Made by a program: the position numbers and the translations under genes. From positions 109 to 64,108 of the forward strand of contig JBAUAJ010000102.1 in NCBI GenBank assembly GCA_049675585.1: a DNA stretch of 64,000 nucleotides, in the 5' to 3' direction. The stretch's first letter is position 1. The number at the start of each line of letters is the position of its first letter. Positions 48,036 to 57,623 of the stretch are shown piece after piece. The DNA comes from Thermoplasmata archaeon. Lineage in GTDB: Archaea; Thermoplasmatota; Thermoplasmata; Lutacidiplasmatales; UBA184. Under the pieces are notes generated by a model. That model saw only the letters and a program-made list of their open reading frames with translations, did no database searches and was not told the origin of the DNA.

Positions 48036-48764
48036 TTACTCCATCCGAAGTCCGCCGTTGACATGGAGGGTCGTCCCCGTCAGGTAGCTCGCTCGGCCGG
48101 AGACCAGGTACGCGACCGCTTCCGCGACCTCGGCCGGTCGACCGATCCGGGCGAGCGGGATCCGGGCGGCCCTCTCGGTACGTTGAGGGGCGGTGTCGCC
48201 GGAGAGGATCGCTGTGTCGATCGCGCCCGGTGCGACCACGTTCACCCGGATGTGGGGGGCGAGCTCGCGGGCGAGGGAACGCGCGAGCCCGAGCCCGGCG
48301 GCCTTCGCGGCCGCATAGTGAGCGCCGTGCCGCGATCCTTCGTAGGCGAGCACGCTGGAAACAAATACTACCGACCCGGCCGGGGCCGCTTCGAGCAGTG
48401 GGAGGAGCTGGCGCACGAGCTCGGCCGGACCGAACACGTGCACCCGGAAACATGCCTCAAACTCCTCGGGCCCGAGGTCGCGGAATGGGAGACGGGGGTA
48501 CGAGCCCGCGTTCAGCACGAGCGCGTCGAGGGCCTTCCCGCGCGTCCGAACCGCGCGCGCGAGACGGAGCACGCCGTCGCGACTCGAGAGATCGGCCCCG
48601 AGCGCGACCGCAGATCCTCCGGCGGCTCGAATCCCGTCGACGAGTTGCTCGGCCTCCTCGTCGTGGGTGTGATAATGGGCCAGAACCTCGAACCCATCCC
48701 GTGCGAGTTGGATCGCCGTCGCCCGACCGATTCCACGGGAGGCACCCGTCACGAGGGCCCGCAT
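48036..48764 (-). CDS. Short-chain dehydrogenase/reductase (FabG-like)
   Basis: MRALVTGASRGIGRA, NAG, YAAAKAA (YxxxK), PGAIDT. Start at the internal ATG (CAT at 48762-48764). Confidence 0.85.
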   Translation of the reverse strand: MRALVTGASRGIGRATAIQLARDGFEVLAHYHTHDEEAEQLVDGIRAAGGSAVALGADLSSRDGVLRLARAVRTRGKALDALVLNAGSYPRLPFRDLGPEEFEACFRVHVFGPAELVRQLLPLLEAAPAGSVVFVSSVLAYEGSRHGAHYAAAKAAGLGLARSLARELAPHIRVNVVAPGAIDTAILSGDTAPQRTERAARIPLARIGRPAEVAEAVAYLVSGRASYLTGTTLHVNGGLRME

Positions 48765-48815
48765 CGGCGGCCGAGATTGCGGGACATTAATACTGCGCCC
48801 CGTTCGCCTCGGCGA

Positions 48816-49697
48816 ATGGCCGATATCGGGGCGCCCGAGTGGGTCCGCCGCGAGAACCGCGGAGGAACGGTCGTCCTCACGCTGGACCACCCGCCCGTGA
48901 ACGTCCTCTCGCGAGCGGTGCTCGACCGGCTCCTCGAGCGGATCGAGGAGCTGACGAACGATCCACAGGCCCGCGTCGTGATCCTCGCGAGCGCGGCCGA
49001 GAAGGCGTTCGCCGCCGGGGCGGATATTCGCGAGATGGCGCCGATGGGACCGGCCGAGGCTCAGGTTCACGGCGCGCGCGGACAGTCGGTGACGCGCGCG
49101 ATCGAGCGACTCCCGTTACCGGTCATCGCCGCGGTCCACGGCGTCTGCCTGGGCGGCGGGTGCGAGATCGCGCTCGCCTGCGATTTCATCCTGGCGAGCG
49201 AGGACGCCCGGTTCGGACAACCCGAGATCAACCTGGGAGTCATGCCGGGGTGGGGGGGTACTCGACGACTTCCCCGCCGTGTCGGAGCGGCCGCCGCGCG
49301 CCGTTGGATCCTGACGGGCGAGGCGGTCCCGGCATCGAGAGCCCTTGCGGAGGGTCTGGTCGACCGGGTCGTCCCGCGAACGGATCTGATGCGGGCTGCG
49401 CTCACGCTGGCGGACGAGCTCGCTGCGAAGCCACCGGTCGCCCTCGCCGCGGCGAAGTACGCACTCGCGCGCGCGATCGACCCGAGTATCGATGACGGTC
49501 TCGCCTACGAGCTCGACCTGTGGGCCCGGCTGTTCGGAACCGAGGGCCAGAAGGAGGGGATGCGGGCCTTCCTCGCGAAGCAGCCGCTCCTCCCCACGGA
49601 CCGGGCCGACTGGGCCGCGCAGTCGGTCGGGTTTCCCTGGGCCGACGCCGCGGGCGGGGGAAAGCGGGATAAGCGTCCGCAGCCGAAGCGCGACTGA
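48816..49697 (+). CDS. Enoyl-CoA hydratase/isomerase (crotonase) family protein
   Basis: FAAGADIREM, AAVHGVCLGGGCEIALACD, GQPEINLGVMPGWGGTRRL. Start at the internal ATG 48816 of track ORF 47208..49697. Confidence 0.85.
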   Translation: MADIGAPEWVRRENRGGTVVLTLDHPPVNVLSRAVLDRLLERIEELTNDPQARVVILASAAEKAFAAGADIREMAPMGPAEAQVHGARGQSVTRAIERLPLPVIAAVHGVCLGGGCEIALACDFILASEDARFGQPEINLGVMPGWGGTRRLPRRVGAAAARRWILTGEAVPASRALAEGLVDRVVPRTDLMRAALTLADELAAKPPVALAAAKYALARAIDPSIDDGLAYELDLWARLFGTEGQKEGMRAFLAKQPLLPTDRADWAAQSVGFPWADAAGGGKRDKRPQPKRD

Positions 49698-49698
49698 C

Positions 49699-49771
49699 GC
49701 CGCGGTGGCTCAGCTGGCAGAGCGGCTCCTTGGTAAGGAGCAGGCCGAGGGTTCAAATCCCTCCCGCGGCT
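49699..49771 (+). tRNA. tRNA-Thr (anticodon GGT)
   Basis: Manual fold: acceptor GCCGCGG/CCGCGGC, D stem GCUC/GAGC, anticodon stem GCUCC/GGAGC, loop UUGGUAA, T arm GAGGG-UUCAAAU-CCCUC. Confidence 0.92.
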
Positions 49772-49987
49772 GATTCCCTTCGATCTCGCCGATCGGCGGT
49801 GTCGCTCGGGCGGCACCCCCTGTGGGGGACGTCCTCCAATCTGTACTCGAGAGATCGGATAGAGTTCGATGAGCTCTCGACGCACAAAGACCGCTCGGCG
49901 AACGACGCGGCTGCTTCCCCGTCAAACCGGCTCGACCGCCGACCTAAAGCGTCCGGCCCGTTCGAAGGTGCCGCGGGGAGGTAGCGG

Positions 49988-50971
49988 TTGGCGGAGAGCG
50001 CGATCGTAGCCCACGGGCTCACGAAGAGATACGGTGAGCTCACCGCGGTCGACCACGTCGATATGGACGTCGCCCGCGGAAGCGTGTTCGGTCTCCTCGG
50101 GCCGAACGGCGCCGGAAAAACAACGATCATCAAGCTCCTCACCGGCCTCAGCGACCCGACCGCCGGCGAAGCGATCGTGGCGGGGTTTGACATACGTCGC
50201 CAGCCGATGCACGTCAAACAGAACATCGGGTGGGTAGCGGCCGAGGTGATCCTGGACGACGACCTGAGCGGTTGGGAGAACCTCTGGCTCCAGGCGAAGC
50301 TCCAGCGCCTCTCCGACTGGAAGGAGCGAGCGGAGCAGCTGCTCGCCTACTTCGAGCTGACCGACCGCCGCGACGACCGCGTCGGCACCTACTCGACCGG
50401 CATGCGCAAGAAGATGGAGATCGCCCTGGCGCTCCTGCACCAGCCGCAGGTGGTGTTCATGGACGAACCGACGATCGGCCTCGACGTGAACGTGCGCCGG
50501 ATGCTGTGGAAGCTGATCACCGGCGTCAACCGCGAGTTTGGCGTGACGGTGCTGCTGACGTCTCACTACATCGAGGAGGCGGACGCGCTCTGCGACCACG
50601 TCGCGATCATCGACCGGGGAAAGTTCGTCGCGTCGGGGACCCCGTCCGAGCTCAAGAGCCGGATCAAGCACGACTTCCTCGACATCGAGACATCCGCGCC
50701 GGTCACGGAGGCCCAGCTGCGGTCCCTTCCGGGGGTCGTCGAGGCGCATGCGCAAGGGAAAGGGTGGATCCTGAAGGTCGGATCCGCGGAGGAGACGCTG
50801 CCCCACCTGTTCGCGTCGCTCCCCGAGAATTCGGTCCAGCGGGTGAACATCGAGAAGCCGAGCCTCGAGAGCGTCTTCATCGACATCACCGGAAAACGGA
50901 TCGACCAGGCCGGCGCGGACGTTCAGGATTTCCGCAAATTCTACATGAACATCCGGAGGGCGCGGCAGTGA
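49988..50971 (+). CDS. ABC transporter ATP-binding protein (ABC-2 type)
   Basis: Walker A GPNGAGKTT, signature YSTGMRKKM, Walker B VVFMDEPT. Confidence 0.9.
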   Translation: MAESAIVAHGLTKRYGELTAVDHVDMDVARGSVFGLLGPNGAGKTTIIKLLTGLSDPTAGEAIVAGFDIRRQPMHVKQNIGWVAAEVILDDDLSGWENLWLQAKLQRLSDWKERAEQLLAYFELTDRRDDRVGTYSTGMRKKMEIALALLHQPQVVFMDEPTIGLDVNVRRMLWKLITGVNREFGVTVLLTSHYIEEADALCDHVAIIDRGKFVASGTPSELKSRIKHDFLDIETSAPVTEAQLRSLPGVVEAHAQGKGWILKVGSAEETLPHLFASLPENSVQRVNIEKPSLESVFIDITGKRIDQAGADVQDFRKFYMNIRRARQ

Positions 50972-51813
50972 GCGCCGAGCATCGGTTCGCGCTGTGGCCT
51001 CGTCCTCAGAAAGCCGCCGCCAGCGACTACATCGGGCAGGGGAGCCAGTTCTACGGCCTGTATGCGCGCGAGCTGATCAAGACGTTCCGCAACCCGCTCG
51101 TCCTCATCATCACCCTCGTCCAACCGTTCATGTGGCTCGCGTTCTTCGGCAGCAGCTTCGCCTCCGTGCCGCTCTCCTCCCTCGATGCGCTGCTGCACGC
51201 CCCGCCGGGAACCGGCTACCTTCAGTTCCTCCTCCCCGGGGTGCTGTCCACCTCCATGCTGTCGATCGGGATGTTCGGGTCGATGAGCACGATCCAGGAC
51301 AAGCGGTTCGGTTTCATGAAGCGCGTGCTGTTGACGCCGACCGGGCGCAGCACCGTCTACCTCTCGAAGGCGCTCGGCTCCGCGACCCGCGGGATGGTGC
51401 AGATCCCGGTCATGATCGCCGCGGCGCTCGTCTTCGGGGTCCGTTTCCAGGGGGACCCGCTGATGTGGGCCGGCTGGCTCCTGGGCCTCGTCCTCCTCGG
51501 ATTCGGCTTCTCCGCGTTCTTCCTCGCGGTGACGGCGTCCAGTACCGACTGGCAGACGCCGGGCGTCATCTCGAACTTCATCACCATGCCGCTCATGTTC
51601 GCAAGCGGGGCGCTGTTCCCGTCGCAGAACTATCCCTCGTGGATGCAGGCGATCGCCCACGTCAACCCCGTCGGCTTCTCGGCGCTCCTGGGACGCGGGG
51701 TCATCGTGAACGGTACCGCGAACTGGCTCTATCTCGGCTATCTCGGGATATTCGCGGCGCTGATGGTGGGCGTCGGGACTCTGGTCGCGTCCAAATACCT
51801 CAAGGTCGAGTAG
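50968..51813 (+). CDS. ABC-2 type transporter permease
   Basis: The GTG start overlaps the ATPase stop (GTGA at 50968-50971). Six hydrophobic segments. It is the C-terminal part of track ORF 50230..51813. Confidence 0.75.
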   Translation: MSAEHRFALWPRPQKAAASDYIGQGSQFYGLYARELIKTFRNPLVLIITLVQPFMWLAFFGSSFASVPLSSLDALLHAPPGTGYLQFLLPGVLSTSMLSIGMFGSMSTIQDKRFGFMKRVLLTPTGRSTVYLSKALGSATRGMVQIPVMIAAALVFGVRFQGDPLMWAGWLLGLVLLGFGFSAFFLAVTASSTDWQTPGVISNFITMPLMFASGALFPSQNYPSWMQAIAHVNPVGFSALLGRGVIVNGTANWLYLGYLGIFAALMVGVGTLVASKYLKVE

Positions 51814-51840
51814 GCCGCCGCGGCGCCGGACCGGCAGGGG

Positions 51841-52650
51841 CTAGCCGGGCGCCTTTCGAGCCATCGTCGCGAGGTCGGCTGGTACCGCGATCCCCTCCCG
51901 GAGCGCGAGCGCCACGATATGCTTGCACGGAAGTCGGGCCGCGCGCCGACCTGCGATCGGAACCCGGGCCCAGCGGGCCGTCCACGCCGGGCACTCGCAG
52001 CGCATCGGGTCGAGCTCGACATGGTACCGGTCGTTCGCGACCCACCGTCCCTCTCGCTCCGCGAGATGGACCTCCCGCGCCCGTTCGACGATCCGCTCCA
52101 TGATGTGGACCCGGTGCTGCTCGACCTCCGCCACTCGGTGGAGGCCTACGTCCAGGGCCTCGCCGACGGCGTGGGTCAGCTCCGAGTCGGCCGGGGCGGG
52201 CGGATCGAACCGGACCGCCTCAAACCGGGCGAGCAGCGGGCGCATCGCCGCGGCGGTGGCCGCCGCCCGTCGGTACCGTTCCGGAGGATTCGCTGCGAAG
52301 AGGGCGGCGATCAATGGGCTCGGCGACCGGACGCGGATCCGGAGGCCGCCTCCTTCGCTCGCCTCCGTAAGGCCGCCCCGGAGGGCGGCCAGCTCCGAGA
52401 AGACAAGGGTGCGGCCGTACCGGCGCGCAGCGGAGCGGACCGGGCGCGGCCCGTCGGACGACGTCAACCTCCAGCCGATGCCCGAGACGTGGGTCGTCCC
52501 CTCGAGGACCGCGGAGATCTCGAGGAGCCAGTCGCCCTCTCTCAGCGGGGTCGATCGGCGTTCGTCAAGAGCCAGTTGAATCGACATCCGAGCTCCCTCC
52601 GCCCTCCGTTCCGGGGCTGAGCCATCCGAACCGGTCGAGCAGCTCCCCAA
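51841..52650 (-). CDS. SWIM zinc-finger protein with an N-terminal RNase-H-like-looking region
   Basis: CxCx(n)CxH: MRCECPAWTARWARVPIAGRRAARLPCKH. The N-terminal FSELAALRGGL...LRIRVRSPSPLI resembles the RVT_3/RNase H layout but lacks the expected Asp residues. The start may be ATG 52587. Confidence 0.5.
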   Translation of the reverse strand: MGSCSTGSDGSAPERRAEGARMSIQLALDERRSTPLREGDWLLEISAVLEGTTHVSGIGWRLTSSDGPRPVRSAARRYGRTLVFSELAALRGGLTEASEGGGLRIRVRSPSPLIAALFAANPPERYRRAAATAAAMRPLLARFEAVRFDPPAPADSELTHAVGEALDVGLHRVAEVEQHRVHIMERIVERAREVHLAEREGRWVANDRYHVELDPMRCECPAWTARWARVPIAGRRAARLPCKHIVALALREGIAVPADLATMARKAPG

Positions 52651-52671
52651 CGAGGCGGTCGGACGAACGGT

Positions 52672-53226
52672 TCAGATGTCCGAGAACGGCGGTTCCTGGT
52701 TCGGGTGCTCGCCGGCAGAGAACGAGGCCATCGCGTCCTTCTGCTTCGCGGCCTTCTCGGCCCGGCTCATCTTCACCCGCATCGAGAGCGACCAGTGGTG
52801 GCCGAACGGGTCGAGCAGGTGCCCGTACCGCTCGCCCCAGAACTGGTTCTCGAGCGGCATTGTCACCTTCGCGCCGGCGGCCACGGCGCGGTCCCAGAGC
52901 GCGTCGACGTTCTTCGAATAGAGGTGCAGGGTAACGGTCGTCGTTCCGACCGCCGCGGGGGAGGCGACACCCGCGCCGGGGAACACGTCCGACATCATCA
53001 CGATCGAATCACCGATGCGAAGCCGCCCGTGGACCAGCTTCCCGTCGGGCGTCACCTGACGAGCGAGCTCCTTCGCCCCGAACGCCTTCTTGTAGAAGTC
53101 GAGCGCCGCCGTACCGCCCGCGACGGCAAGGTACGGGATGATGGTCGGATACCCCGGGGGGATGGGGCTGATGCCTCCGGCCGGGCGGGCCGACCGGGAT
53201 CGGGATTTGCGCCGTGCGGGCGTCAT
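52672..53226 (-). CDS. VOC/glyoxalase-family protein (PhnB-like)
   Basis: IPYLAVAGGTAALDFYKKAFGA ... GRLRIGDSIVMMSD ... FWGERYGHLLDPFGHHWSL. Start at the internal ATG (CAT at 53224-53226). Confidence 0.75.
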   Translation of the reverse strand: MTPARRKSRSRSARPAGGISPIPPGYPTIIPYLAVAGGTAALDFYKKAFGAKELARQVTPDGKLVHGRLRIGDSIVMMSDVFPGAGVASPAAVGTTTVTLHLYSKNVDALWDRAVAAGAKVTMPLENQFWGERYGHLLDPFGHHWSLSMRVKMSRAEKAAKQKDAMASFSAGEHPNQEPPFSDI

Positions 53227-53333
53227 GAGAACACCGCTCCAGAATGCCGGGTCGCCTACATAATGGCGAACCCGCCCCCCGGTCGGCGGAAAACAGCGCG
53301 GAGAGAAGTTCGCACAGTTCGTACGCAAGGGGG

Positions 53334-54065
53334 ATGTTCCTCGAGCCTTCGAATGGGGGCGGCGGGGGAGTGGACGGAACGGGGGTCGAGTCGGCAGGAA
53401 TTGCGATCTCCCTCGCCCTGCTCTCGTTGATCCTCGGCTACCTGTCGATCCGCGGCATGTACCGTGCGTTTGGAGAACGGTCGCGCCACCAGCTCTGGTT
53501 CGGGTTGGGGCTCTCGTGCGGTACCGCGGCGCTCCTCGTGGAACTCCTCGCCTACGTTGGGATCGTCAACTCGGGCCTGCTCCAAGCCTACGTCTTCCTG
53601 TCCGCGGCGATCGTCGGCGTCCTCTCGCTCGGCTCGGCGAAGAGCTTCCGACCGGGTCGGTTCGAGGTGGCGTACACGTCGTACATGGCCGTGGCGATCG
53701 GGACCGTCGCCTGGTTCAGCGCGTCGACCCCCATGCCGATCTCGATGGTCCGGGCCGGCATCGTCGCCGGTAACCCGCCGTTGCTTCTCCTCATCCTCTC
53801 GTCGTTCGTCACGATCCCCGCGACGGTCGTCCTCCTGACCGCTGCCGTCGTGCACCTGCGCCGCACGTTCCGGCCGAAGGGCCTCCTCATGATCACGGGC
53901 GCGTGTGTCCTCGGGGCCGGCGGCGCCTTCTACATCGCCTCGTTCCCCGTGGTCCTGTACTACGCCGAGTTCGTGGGGATCGTGATGCTGTTCCTCGGAC
54001 TCACGGACCTCTCCCGACTCTCGCTCGCGAAACCGGCCACGGCGCCCGAGCGCGCCTCGCTCTAA
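53334..54065 (+). CDS. Polytopic membrane protein, unknown function
   Basis: Seven or so hydrophobic segments after the internal ATG 53334. Confidence 0.5.
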   Translation: MFLEPSNGGGGGVDGTGVESAGIAISLALLSLILGYLSIRGMYRAFGERSRHQLWFGLGLSCGTAALLVELLAYVGIVNSGLLQAYVFLSAAIVGVLSLGSAKSFRPGRFEVAYTSYMAVAIGTVAWFSASTPMPISMVRAGIVAGNPPLLLLILSSFVTIPATVVLLTAAVVHLRRTFRPKGLLMITGACVLGAGGAFYIASFPVVLYYAEFVGIVMLFLGLTDLSRLSLAKPATAPERASL

Positions 54066-54124
54066 CGGTCCGGTCGCGAATTCGAATCAATGCTCATATA
54101 CGGCGGCCTCCATGGCCGCCGCGC

Positions 54125-54228
54125 AGCGGGGTAGGGTAGTCAGGAAAGCGGCCGGCGTTGTCCGACCGTCCTGAAATCCCGACGGGCTCATAACCCGTAG
54201 ATCCATGGTTCAAATCCATGCCCCGCTA
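54125..54228 (+). tRNA. Initiator-type tRNA-Met (CAT) with a ~29-nt insertion (intron) in the D loop
   Basis: Acceptor AGCGGGG/CCCCGCU (A1:U72). Anticodon stem ACGGG/CCCGU has three G:C pairs; the loop is CUCAUAA. T arm CAUGG-UUCAAAU-CCAUG. The gene is 104 nt instead of about 75. The extra segment folds as TCAGGA-AAG-CGGCCGG-CGTTGT-CCGACCG-TCCTGA. Confidence 0.7.
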
Positions 54229-54261
54229 CTCTCGCTATGTTCTTATCTCTGCCTGTCCTCA

Positions 54262-55560
54262 ATGAACCCAATGCCGCCCACTCCACCCCGGCCTCCGATT
54301 GGAGCTCACGAAGCGGCGGTCAACGTCTACATCGAGAACCGCCTTGCCTCGATCCGAGGAGATGGGCCGATCGGAAACGGTAAGGACCCAGCCAACCCGT
54401 CCCGAGACGCCCGGGATGCAATCATTTCGTTCCTCAACGCTAAACGGGGAGAGATTGGAATTCTTCACTTCCGGAACTATGTTGCCTGGCTCCCTGTTGC
54501 TGCGAGTAGACTCGGTGTCTCATTCCTCGAGCCCGCCGCCGGCATTCAGGCGAAGTTCAATGAGTCGTTCCCCTCCAAGTCGTCGTCGTCGGATGGATAC
54601 TCGTTCTTTTCCCGACAGACCGTCGGAAACATGCTCATGGGCTTTTGGAGGTCCCGTCTCGCCGAGTTGGGTAAGCCGTTTCCCGAGGCCCTCCACCTCA
54701 AATTCGGCAAATGGAAGTCGCCGTTCAACGCGTCGGACATGCTCACCAGGGATGACGTCGCGAAGCTAGCCGAGTCGGTCGACAACTTACGGGACAAAGC
54801 CTGGATCTGGACCGCCTACGCGAGCGGCTGTCGACCTGGCGAGATTTTCAACTGCCGAGTCGGGGACGTCATTCCCAAGGAGGGCTACGTTGAACTTCGC
54901 GTCCGGCGGGAAAAGGATTCCGAGAACGCGCCGGCGTTCCTCTACGAGGATGCCGTTCCGGCCATCTTAGCGTGGCTCCGTGCGCACCCGTCCCGGGACA
55001 ATCCAAAGGCCCCACTGTGGGTTTCCCTTCGATCGGGAGAGCGAGGCCACGCAGCGGGGTACCGAGCCCTCGCCAAGGTCGTTGAAGTCGCGGCGAAGAG
55101 GGCGAATCTCGGCAAGCCGGCGACTCTCTACCACATGCGCCGAAGTCGGCTGACAGCTTTGGCCCGCGATCCCGCGATTTCGCAGAGCATCCTCGAGAAG
55201 GTCGCCGGATGGACGACAGGATCCCGGGTCGCCAAGCACTACGTGCACGTATCGTCCGAGGACGTTCGCGCGAGCTTGAACCGGCGCTACAATGTTTCCG
55301 ACGCGAAGTCGGTCGAGGAAATGATACCGGCTCGAACTGTCCGGAAGTGCGTTCGGTGCGAGACGACGAACGCCCCCGAAGCGCACTTCTGTTCGACGTG
55401 CGGGGGCCCGTTGAACATCGCCGCCATCGAGGAGATCAAACTTGTTGAGGCCGACCAACGACAGCTCGCGAAGCTCCTAACGCGTCCTGTGGTTCGTCGG
55501 CTGCTGATCCAGCAGCTCCGCGAGATGAATTCGGAGGTCGCAGCCGAGGCAGAAAGATGA
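54262..55560 (+). CDS. Tyrosine recombinase/integrase with a C-terminal zinc ribbon
   Basis: RPGEIFNCRVGDV (Arg I), LYHMRRSRLTALA (HxxR), VAGWTTGS...AKHYVHV (Tyr). CVRCETTNAPEAHFCSTCG. ATG 54262 lies 34 nt after the tRNA; the longer track ORF overlaps the tRNA. Confidence 0.85.
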   Translation: MNPMPPTPPRPPIGAHEAAVNVYIENRLASIRGDGPIGNGKDPANPSRDARDAIISFLNAKRGEIGILHFRNYVAWLPVAASRLGVSFLEPAAGIQAKFNESFPSKSSSSDGYSFFSRQTVGNMLMGFWRSRLAELGKPFPEALHLKFGKWKSPFNASDMLTRDDVAKLAESVDNLRDKAWIWTAYASGCRPGEIFNCRVGDVIPKEGYVELRVRREKDSENAPAFLYEDAVPAILAWLRAHPSRDNPKAPLWVSLRSGERGHAAGYRALAKVVEVAAKRANLGKPATLYHMRRSRLTALARDPAISQSILEKVAGWTTGSRVAKHYVHVSSEDVRASLNRRYNVSDAKSVEEMIPARTVRKCVRCETTNAPEAHFCSTCGGPLNIAAIEEIKLVEADQRQLAKLLTRPVVRRLLIQQLREMNSEVAAEAER

Positions 55561-56624
55561 AAGGGAGTTTCTCCTGGGTCGGTCTGGCTTCTCTGACGCG
55601 GGCCGCCTCCGAGCCGTCGGCGGAAACTGCCGAGGAGAGAGAAACTCGTCTTAGGGCACTTAACCCCAAATGGTTAGCGGACTATGCGGCGTTCGACGAA
55701 TCTCTTCGAAGAAGGGACGGGCGATTCGACATTCGAAAGGCGCATGCCCTCTTCGTCGACCTGGCGGGAGAACTATTGTCCCAGCGTCGGTTCTGGCCCC
55801 TGCTCGTCGACGAGAAGTTCGGGCCCCCCATTGATTGGTGTCAGATCCTCTTCCCGTTCGAGCTGCCCGGGCGCGGCGGCAAGGCGGACGGGGAGGCACT
55901 AAAAATCGCGCTGCGGCTATGGCAAACGGTGAACCTTAGGTGGCAACTAGCCTACCCAAACACGTACTGGGACTATGTCTCTGAAGTGCTCGGCGAACAG
56001 TTGATTTGGCTGGATAGCGTGGAACGGGTGATCCGTCGATACTGGGAGATCCCGAGGGACGGCAGGCTTGACTGGAGTCCTGAGGAAAGGGTGGCCAGAC
56101 GCCGGCTTCGGCCTCTCATTCCGAGGGAGAAGCGGATAGACCTGGAAGCGATAATGAAGGAGTCACAACAGGAACTTCAGCTCGAGAAGCTGAGCAATGC
56201 GCGTTCCCCGGAAGAGGCGTTCCAGCCAATCGAGCAGAGAGAACTTACTCAGCGGTTCTCGGAAAAGATTGTAAGACTCGAGGGAGACCTCATCGAGAAG
56301 CATTCGACCCCGGAGTTGCAGGCAGAGTGGGAGAAGATCCTCGAAAGGATTGGACCTCCGAAGCCGAGGACTCAGAGGTATTGGGGCGGCAAGGGCGGAC
56401 GTGGTCACGTGGGACCCGGGAAGGCTCCGAAGTATCACGTCTATGATGCGGCTCTCCGCTGGTCTTGGACCAACGAGTCATGGCTCTGGCGGCGACACTC
56501 GAACGAGATGGACATCCAAAAGATCATAGTCAGAGTGAGAGCCGCGTTCAACTTGAAGGTCGGGGAGAAAGCAGTGTATGCCTTCGCACGACGCCAAGAT
56601 CGCGCGGCGATGTCGGGCCAGTAG
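55557..56624 (+). CDS. Hypothetical protein of the integrated element
   Basis: The ATG overlaps the integrase stop (ATGA at 55557-55560). Lower GC, no recognised domain. Confidence 0.55.
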   Translation: MKGSFSWVGLASLTRAASEPSAETAEERETRLRALNPKWLADYAAFDESLRRRDGRFDIRKAHALFVDLAGELLSQRRFWPLLVDEKFGPPIDWCQILFPFELPGRGGKADGEALKIALRLWQTVNLRWQLAYPNTYWDYVSEVLGEQLIWLDSVERVIRRYWEIPRDGRLDWSPEERVARRRLRPLIPREKRIDLEAIMKESQQELQLEKLSNARSPEEAFQPIEQRELTQRFSEKIVRLEGDLIEKHSTPELQAEWEKILERIGPPKPRTQRYWGGKGGRGHVGPGKAPKYHVYDAALRWSWTNESWLWRRHSNEMDIQKIIVRVRAAFNLKVGEKAVYAFARRQDRAAMSGQ

Positions 56625-57138
56625 CCCGGTTGGTTTTCTGTGGGGGGCACCACGCCCTCGCTCTCGTCAGGGATTTTTTCGACCAATCGGTCGCAACGGG
56701 GTGTTTTTAGGGAACCTCTAAAGGCACCCGGGTCGGCCCGGTTTAAAGAGTGAATTTAGACATTGACCGACCGTGGCGAAGCGGGACGGCACTACGCCCC
56801 GCGACGAGTCAACGGGGGGGCGAACGGTACGTGCAGATTTCACTTGGCAATCCAGCGGCCTCGCCGCTGCCTTCGCCGCGATCCAGTCCGAAGCCTGCGC
56901 CGTGCAAGTTCCAGTCACCGCTCCCGCGAAGCGCCAAAAATTCCATGCGCGGTCCCCGTAACTTCGCAAGCGGCGGCGGCCCCACAGTCGGGCTCATTCT
57001 ACACGTCCACTCGTTAGTGGACGCGGAAGAACTGAACGCGGCGGTCCACCGGCGAGCGCCGTCGGTAACGCTAATCTATCAAAAATTCGCGATCGGTCGA
57101 CTCCTCGTCGTACCCGCACCTGCCGAGGAGGCTCCGCC

Positions 57139-57378
57139 GTGAACGACGAGACACTAGAGGAACGCCCCATTCGGCTCGAAGCAGAAGTAATCGAGCGTCG
57201 CGAGCTGGCTAAAGCCTCGGCGGTGAAGGTCGGGGTAGCTCTTGCCGATCATGAGGACCGCCTTCGGGTACTTGAGGTGGACCTCTGCCCCCGAAAAGTC
57301 GACTATGCGCGAGCCACCCGGGAAATCAGAGGGGACCAACTCAATGCCGAACACCGTGAGAAACGAGCGCGTCCATGA
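57139..57378 (+). CDS. Hypothetical small coiled-coil protein
   Basis: Member of a chain of overlapping + strand ORFs (GTGA at 57139-57142, ATGA at 57375-57378). Confidence 0.4.
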   Translation: MNDETLEERPIRLEAEVIERRELAKASAVKVGVALADHEDRLRVLEVDLCPRKVDYARATREIRGDQLNAEHREKRARP

Positions 57379-57623
57379 TCGGGACGCCTCGCTCGACATC
57401 CGATTGCCTCGAGGAACTCGTCTGTACCGGTAATCTGATCGCGATCCGAGCAGCGAACGAATCGGTCCACAGTATAGTCGATGCGGATCTGCTCTCCGAC
57501 AGGGACGAGCGGCTGTGGCGTGGGCCGCTCGAGCATGTCGAATCTCCGGGAAAGTCGCAGCTCCACTCATTTGAGACTTGGGTCCGTCGATGGTTTCGTG
57601 ATAACGGGGAGCGCCGAACGTGA
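57375..57623 (+). CDS. Hypothetical small protein
   Basis: Start and stop are both coupled to neighbours (ATGA at 57375-57378; GTGA at 57620-57623). Confidence 0.4.
   Translation: MIGTPRSTSDCLEELVCTGNLIAIRAANESVHSIVDADLLSDRDERLWRGPLEHVESPGKSQLHSFETWVRRWFRDNGERRT

Noticed and set aside
47011-48815. 480-aa minus ORF 47011..48453 and the N-terminal 536 codons of + ORF 47208..49697
   Set aside because: They are out-of-frame or antisense to nop5 and the SDR gene. Only 48816..49697 has crotonase motifs.
56750-57142. 130-aa + ORF whose stop overlaps the next start (GTGA)
   Set aside because: The N-terminal two-thirds are Pro/Ser/Arg-rich. Only a short C-terminal piece from ATG 56945 might be real, and there is too little evidence to list it.
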